Source: a virus (Duplodnaviria > Caudoviricetes). From it: 36,763 nucleotides of DNA. Every line of letters starts with the position of its first letter. Position 1 is the first letter of the stretch. The position numbers and the translations under genes are program-made. The notes beneath the pieces were generated by a model, which worked only from the letters and a program-made list of their open reading frames with translations, did not search any database and was not told where the DNA came from. The DNA lies in the IMG/VR virus record IMGVR_UViG_3300048576_000532, positions 1 to 36,763 of that record, one strand, 5' to 3'. Shown here in pieces: positions 32,094-36,763 of this stretch.

Positions 32094-34456
32094 CGTTTTA
32101 CCTCCAGTCCAACAAACAACCGGGACGCGCCCGTTCGCCCGCGACGATAGCCGCGGTTCGATAGCTTGACAGAGAACGCCTTCACCGACCCGCACACCTC
32201 GCCTGAATCGCCACACCAGCCCGCCCAAGAGTCGTACAGGTCGGCCACCGGGGCAGACACCCCGGCCGCCACGACGCAGCGCTCGGCCAGCCACCGAGTC
32301 ACCGGGTCATGCTCTGAGAGATAATCCTCCGTCTCGGCCAGCACGGCCGCCGGCGGGCAGAGCCCTTGCTTGTACCACGCCTGCGCGCCCTGGACGGCCC
32401 ACGCCAGAATGCCGGGCAGTTCGGCGGACAGTAGATGCCCCTTCAGCTTTGGGTCTTTCTTGGCCGGCTGGTGCGTGCAGGGGACCATGTGGAGCCGGCG
32501 CCGCAGGGCCTCATCCATCGTGGCCAGGCGCGGCTTGCCGTTGCCGGCGAAAAGCAGTTTGAACTTGGGCAAAAAAGTAAACTCGTCCTGCCGCATGAAT
32601 CGCGCCTTCACCCGGTCCCCGCCGGTGAGCGCCTTGATTCGCTGCTCGTCCCAAGTGTCGCCTTCCTTCAATTCTTGGGCAATGACCAGCCGGGCAAAGG
32701 CGAGGCCGGCGAGCTCGGTCGGGTGCCGCTCATACTTCGAGCTGGTGAACACGCTCATGCTGGCTGTGGTGGCGTAGCCGCCCAGCAGGGCCTCCAGCAC
32801 GTCCAGAAACGTGCTCTTGCCATTGCCGCCGGGCCCCCAGATGAACACCAGCGTATGCTCGATTGTGTGGCCGGTCAGAGCATAGCCGGCGAGCCGCTGG
32901 AGGTAGGCCTCAAGCTCGCCGTCGCCGCCGGTCAAGTCCTTCAAGAACGCGGCCCAGCGAGGGCATGGATCGGGCCGCATGGCAACGGCCGTCTGGCGCG
33001 TCACGAATCGGCTCGGGTCGGCCGGCAACAGTTCGGCCGTGCGAAGGTTCAGCACGCCCACCGGCGTGCCCAGTAGGTCCGGGTCCGTGTCGAGCTCGTC
33101 CGTCCGAATCACCAGGCGGGAGTCGTGTTCGGCCAACCCGAGCATGGCGTCAAGCTGGCGCCGACTACAGATGGCCCGGGCCTGCGCCTCCGCCGCGCGC
33201 TTCGCCTTATCGCCTTCGGCCATATCGATAACGTGGTTGGCCGTTTGCACGCAGAGTTTCCGCGCGAGCTGGGGGACAGCGTACTGGAGGTCTTCGCGCC
33301 ACACATGGCCGTCAAAGGCCAGCCACTTCGCCAGATCGGGAACGCGGCGAATCTTGCCGCCGAACCGCTCGACCAGCTTGTCCTCCAGCCACATGTCCGA
33401 ATTGCGCGCGCCGGGCTTCGGAAAATCGTCCTCTGGCGGCGGGGCCGTGAGTGGCGCGGGCTCCGCCGGGAACTCGACCGCGGCCACGTCATATCCGAAT
33501 TGTTTCGCCATGTCGAGCGCGTAGTTGGCGCCCAGCTCAAACGGCGGGTGCATCCGTTCCCAGTCGAGCCGGACAGACTCGGGTGTGTTCCGCACGCCGT
33601 TCTTTCCGGGGTAGCGCAGCGCCCACTCCTCGAATATGGCGAAGCCCCTGGCCGGGTCTTTCTGGCACGCGCCGCGCAGCGCGTAGCCGAGCCGGATGTA
33701 ATCCTCCCGCGTCGGGAACACCGCAACCGTGTTCGGAATGCGCCGAACGGCTTCGGCCAACACGTCTAGGCTATCGGCCAGAAGCGTGTCCTGGTTGACG
33801 TCGCGACGGTGCGCGACGCCGCGGTGCCCGATCCGCTCGTAGTCGATGCCCACCAGATCGAGCACGTCCGACGCGATGGCGTCCAGCACGCGCTCGGCCT
33901 GCTCGGCCGTGATTGTCGGCAAGGCGTCCGCTCGGATCACCCGGTCCCAGTAATATGGGGCGTTGGTGCGTGGGTGGATGCCGTCAACAACGTACTGCTG
34001 GCCGGCGCCCAAAATCTCGACTATGTGGCGCGCGTCCTCGTGCTCGAAGTGGAGCTGTAGCCGGGGGAACGGCTCAGCGCCAGGCGCCAGGCGGAACGGG
34101 TAGAGCCGTTTCGGCGCCCGGCCGACGCGCACGGGCCCCGTCGGCAGGACGCGCTCTATCACGTCGCTGATGAGCCGCACCAGTCCGGCGTGCGTGACGT
34201 CCACGTCAATGGCCGGGAAGTGGTCGGCCCGAAGGCCAACGCTCGCGCCGGTTGCGTCAATCTCGTCCGCGAAGGCCGCCGTAGGTGTGGAGTCCATCCA
34301 TGGGTAGCCGCCCCACTGGCCGCTCTGGTATCGCCGGCCCGGAGCCTTGCCCCGCGCGTCCGGGTTGATGCGCGAGCCCGGCGACAGTGCCGCGCCCGGC
34401 GGGACCACCGAGACCAAATCCGTGTATCCCGCTTCGAACCATTGACGTGCCTTCAT
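32090..34456 (-). CDS. Primase-helicase (Prim-Pol + PriCT + D5/P4-family SF3 helicase)
   Basis: IDVD and V..GIHP prim-pol motifs, D5_N region, Walker A GPGGNGKST, IKALTGGD...ARF; ATGA overlap at the start. Confidence 0.93.
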   Translation of the reverse strand: MKARQWFEAGYTDLVSVVPPGAALSPGSRINPDARGKAPGRRYQSGQWGGYPWMDSTPTAAFADEIDATGASVGLRADHFPAIDVDVTHAGLVRLISDVIERVLPTGPVRVGRAPKRLYPFRLAPGAEPFPRLQLHFEHEDARHIVEILGAGQQYVVDGIHPRTNAPYYWDRVIRADALPTITAEQAERVLDAIASDVLDLVGIDYERIGHRGVAHRRDVNQDTLLADSLDVLAEAVRRIPNTVAVFPTREDYIRLGYALRGACQKDPARGFAIFEEWALRYPGKNGVRNTPESVRLDWERMHPPFELGANYALDMAKQFGYDVAAVEFPAEPAPLTAPPPEDDFPKPGARNSDMWLEDKLVERFGGKIRRVPDLAKWLAFDGHVWREDLQYAVPQLARKLCVQTANHVIDMAEGDKAKRAAEAQARAICSRRQLDAMLGLAEHDSRLVIRTDELDTDPDLLGTPVGVLNLRTAELLPADPSRFVTRQTAVAMRPDPCPRWAAFLKDLTGGDGELEAYLQRLAGYALTGHTIEHTLVFIWGPGGNGKSTFLDVLEALLGGYATTASMSVFTSSKYERHPTELAGLAFARLVIAQELKEGDTWDEQRIKALTGGDRVKARFMRQDEFTFLPKFKLLFAGNGKPRLATMDEALRRRLHMVPCTHQPAKKDPKLKGHLLSAELPGILAWAVQGAQAWYKQGLCPPAAVLAETEDYLSEHDPVTRWLAERCVVAAGVSAPVADLYDSWAGWCGDSGEVCGSVKAFSVKLSNRGYRRGRTGASRLFVGLEVKR

Positions 34457-34629
34457 TCCCCGTCCTCCCAGCCGCATTCATCACACCGGAGCGGATTCTC
34501 TGTACAGGCCCGGCAAGGCGGGTTAATGTGGCAGGCGCAGTTTTCGACGGGCTCATACCAGAGCGTTCCGCCGCACCCGTTCGGGCACGGCCCGCCTTCC
34601 TCTATCAAGGGCTCTTGCTGTCCATTCAT
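34453..34629 (-). CDS. Small Cys-rich zinc-binding protein
   Basis: 58 aa with 8 Cys (CPNGC, CACH..PPC..C, CDEC); ATGA-coupled to polymerase and primase. Confidence 0.7.
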   Translation of the reverse strand: MNGQQEPLIEEGGPCPNGCGGTLWYEPVENCACHINPPCRACTENPLRCDECGWEDGE

Positions 34630-36539
34630 TTCCTGTACCGCGCCCCCTCCCACGCTTCGGCCGTCACCGGGCAGCCGAGGGCCCAGTCTGGTAACTCCGT
34701 CATCAGGCCCACAAACTCGGGCACGCTTCCCTTGCCCAGTGGCACCTCGGAAACCACTTCGTCGTGGACCGTCAGCACCACCGGGTAACCGTTGGCGTCC
34801 AATCGCAGCATGGCGTCCGCCATCAGGTCGCGGGCAACGGCTTGGACCAGATTCTCTGTCAGCAGACCGCCGAACAAGCAACGACGTTGCCAGGACTTCG
34901 TCTTGCTACTCCAGACGTCCGCTTCAATCGACTTTGGGAACGAGCCTGTAAGCGCGACGTTGTGATACCAGATGGATCGGCCGGACGGAATCACCATTCG
35001 CAGCTTGTCGCCGCGCGGCTCAAACATAGCGCGGCCGACGCGCACGGCCGACCGCTCGGTGAGCGCCTGGCGGGCGCCGCCCTCCAGATCCCACCAGAAG
35101 GCCGTGATGCGGCTGTTGCGAGCGCGGTAGGTCCGCACGATGCGGCCGCACTCCTCTGGCTCCAGGAACACGCCCAAGCCAGCCGCATAGTCAACGAACT
35201 TCGCGTGACCCATGCCGTAGCCAAGCCCGAGGATGGCGACCTTTCCAGCCTGCCGTTGGCTGCCTGAGACGTCGGCCAACTCGCGGCCGTAAATATGCGT
35301 CGCCATGCGCTTGTACGGGTCGACGCCGGCGCGGAAATCCGCCAGGAGATCACTCTGGCCGGCCAACCAGGCCAGGACGCGCGCCTCGATTGCCGAGTAG
35401 TCGGCGGCCATCAGGCGCCGGCCTGGCGCCGCCATGAGGCAGGCGCGCAGCAGAGACGCCAGCAGCGACGGAATAGGACGCAGCATAGCCAGCCGCTCGA
35501 AATCACCGGCCTGCACCAGCGGGATATACTGCTCGGCGTCTTTGACGTCGGGACGCGGGAAGTTCTGCGGCTGGGGGCCTCGCCCGGCCCATCGGCCTGT
35601 GGCCGCGCCGTGGTAGAGCAGCATTCCCCGCACGCGACCATCGGTGCCGGCGAAGTTGAGAAGTGCCTGGAACTTCGCGACGCTCGACTTGCCGCCTTCC
35701 TGCCGCGCCTGGACAGCACGCCGTACCTCAGGGGCCAGCGAATCGTCCGCCAGCACCTCGGTTACGGCGCGCTTGGCCAGACTCTCCACCTGGACGCCCT
35801 GCGTCGCAATCCATTTCCTGAGGCTCTGGACCTGGGTTACCGCCGTGACGGTGCCGCCGGTGGCGCCCGCTATCTCCTCGTCCAGCAGTTTCGCCGCGGC
35901 GCCAGCCATCTTCACCGCCTGCTCGGCCAGCCGTCTATCCACCAGCACGCCCCGGTCATTGATACGCTGGTCCAGGTGGTAGACCTCGACTTCAGAATCA
36001 ATGACGCGCGGGATTCGATGGCTAAGGGCCGCTTCGACTCGGACATCCTGTTGGCAGTATTCGCCCAGCCGCCGGATATTTTCCTTGCCGCCAAACCAGA
36101 CCGGCCGGCCATCCACGTAGCCGAGCGGCGCGCACATTTTACGCATCAGCGCGGCGCCTTCCTTATCCTTGCGGACCTCCAGGCCGAACGCTTCGGCCGC
36201 GGCGTCCAAGCTGGCACTCAGGCCGAACGCGGCGCACTGCGCCATCGTGCAGCGCCACTGAGCGAGCGGCACGTCCGGCCAGCCATGCCGGCGAACCAGG
36301 ATAGGCCAGAGATTCCGCTCGAAGGCCGCATTGTATGCCGCTACCAGGCCGCCGCCGCGCAGGTAATCCGCGACGCGCTCCGGCACCGGCTCGCCCTCCA
36401 CCCAGAGCGCTGGCTCGTCTGTTCCAAAGGCGAAGGCCGCGAGCCAGATGCCTGTGTCCTGGTGGGCGGCGTAGGTGTAGACGCCGTGCCGCTTCAGGTC
36501 CACCGGCGACCGCGTTTCAAGGTCCAGATGGAGCATCAC
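34626..36539 (-). CDS. Family A DNA polymerase with 3'-5' exonuclease (APSE-type)
   Basis: Exo DLET, YNAAFER, YCQQD; motif A DYSAIEAR, motif B RQAGKVAILGLGYG, motif C VHDE. Confidence 0.95.
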   Translation of the reverse strand: MMLHLDLETRSPVDLKRHGVYTYAAHQDTGIWLAAFAFGTDEPALWVEGEPVPERVADYLRGGGLVAAYNAAFERNLWPILVRRHGWPDVPLAQWRCTMAQCAAFGLSASLDAAAEAFGLEVRKDKEGAALMRKMCAPLGYVDGRPVWFGGKENIRRLGEYCQQDVRVEAALSHRIPRVIDSEVEVYHLDQRINDRGVLVDRRLAEQAVKMAGAAAKLLDEEIAGATGGTVTAVTQVQSLRKWIATQGVQVESLAKRAVTEVLADDSLAPEVRRAVQARQEGGKSSVAKFQALLNFAGTDGRVRGMLLYHGAATGRWAGRGPQPQNFPRPDVKDAEQYIPLVQAGDFERLAMLRPIPSLLASLLRACLMAAPGRRLMAADYSAIEARVLAWLAGQSDLLADFRAGVDPYKRMATHIYGRELADVSGSQRQAGKVAILGLGYGMGHAKFVDYAAGLGVFLEPEECGRIVRTYRARNSRITAFWWDLEGGARQALTERSAVRVGRAMFEPRGDKLRMVIPSGRSIWYHNVALTGSFPKSIEADVWSSKTKSWQRRCLFGGLLTENLVQAVARDLMADAMLRLDANGYPVVLTVHDEVVSEVPLGKGSVPEFVGLMTELPDWALGCPVTAEAWEGARYRK

Positions 36540-36763
36540 GCGCTCGCCCCTGCGCGGCGGTCATACGGCGGCGTCACGCGGTACGAGTCCCAGAGCACTA
36601 CCTCGGGCTCTCTGACCTTAGGAAACTTCCGGGCTCTGTCACTCCCGGCGAGCCCGCCCGCGCGCATCATGGCGCGCACGCGATCTTCGGGAATATCGAG
36701 CCGGTCCCCTATCTCCCGGGCGCCCAGCCCCGCCTCCAGCAGCAGCCCGATAGCGCGGGCCAT
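36536..36763 (-). CDS. Small helix-turn-helix protein (may extend beyond the window)
   Basis: GLGAREIGDRLDIPEDRVR HTH pattern; GTGA overlap with the polymerase. Confidence 0.6.
   Translation of the reverse strand: MARAIGLLLEAGLGAREIGDRLDIPEDRVRAMMRAGGLAGSDRARKFPKVREPEVVLWDSYRVTPPYDRRAGASA

Larger units (their letters stand above)
1..36763. mobile_element. Temperate short-tailed (podovirus-like) prophage or phage genome, near complete
   Basis: Integrase, replication genes, TerS/TerL, portal, scaffold, capsid, adaptor/nozzle, ejection proteins and lysis genes are present. There is no tape measure or sheath gene, no host housekeeping gene, and no visible att site. Confidence 0.95.

Noticed and set aside
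31566-36539. Z-genome or other modified-base system
   Set aside because: No PurZ, DatZ or queuosine-pathway genes; the polymerase looks like an ordinary APSE-type PolA.

Overview
The window is a GC-rich, apparently near-complete temperate podovirus-like (pro)phage, cut at gene boundaries. From left to right: (i) a tyrosine integrase and a leftward early/replication operon (Tad2/DUF2829 anti-defence sponge, DUF2815 SSB, DUF2800 Cas4-like nuclease, SNF2 helicase, small paralogous ORFs, RuvC-like resolvase); (ii) a control region with a ribbon-helix-helix regulator, a perfect 56-bp palindrome, a candidate origin and a self-contained accessory operon; (iii) a ~650-bp non-coding block holding a XerCD dif-like site, an IHF box and a tandem array of KOPS (GGGNAGGG) motifs pointing away from the dif; (iv) a small terminase gene inverted relative to the large terminase; (v) the rightward packaging, head, tail, ejection and lysis operon; (vi) a second leftward replication block (HTH, family A DNA polymerase, primase-helicase, dATP/dGTP diphosphohydrolase-like). 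The best candidate for an undescribed system is the dif + anti-oriented KOPS + IHF module. Also notable are the replication module split across the integrase end and an acr-aca-like accessory operon bracketed by paralogous C2HC zinc fingers. All protein calls come from motif recognition by eye; no searches were run.
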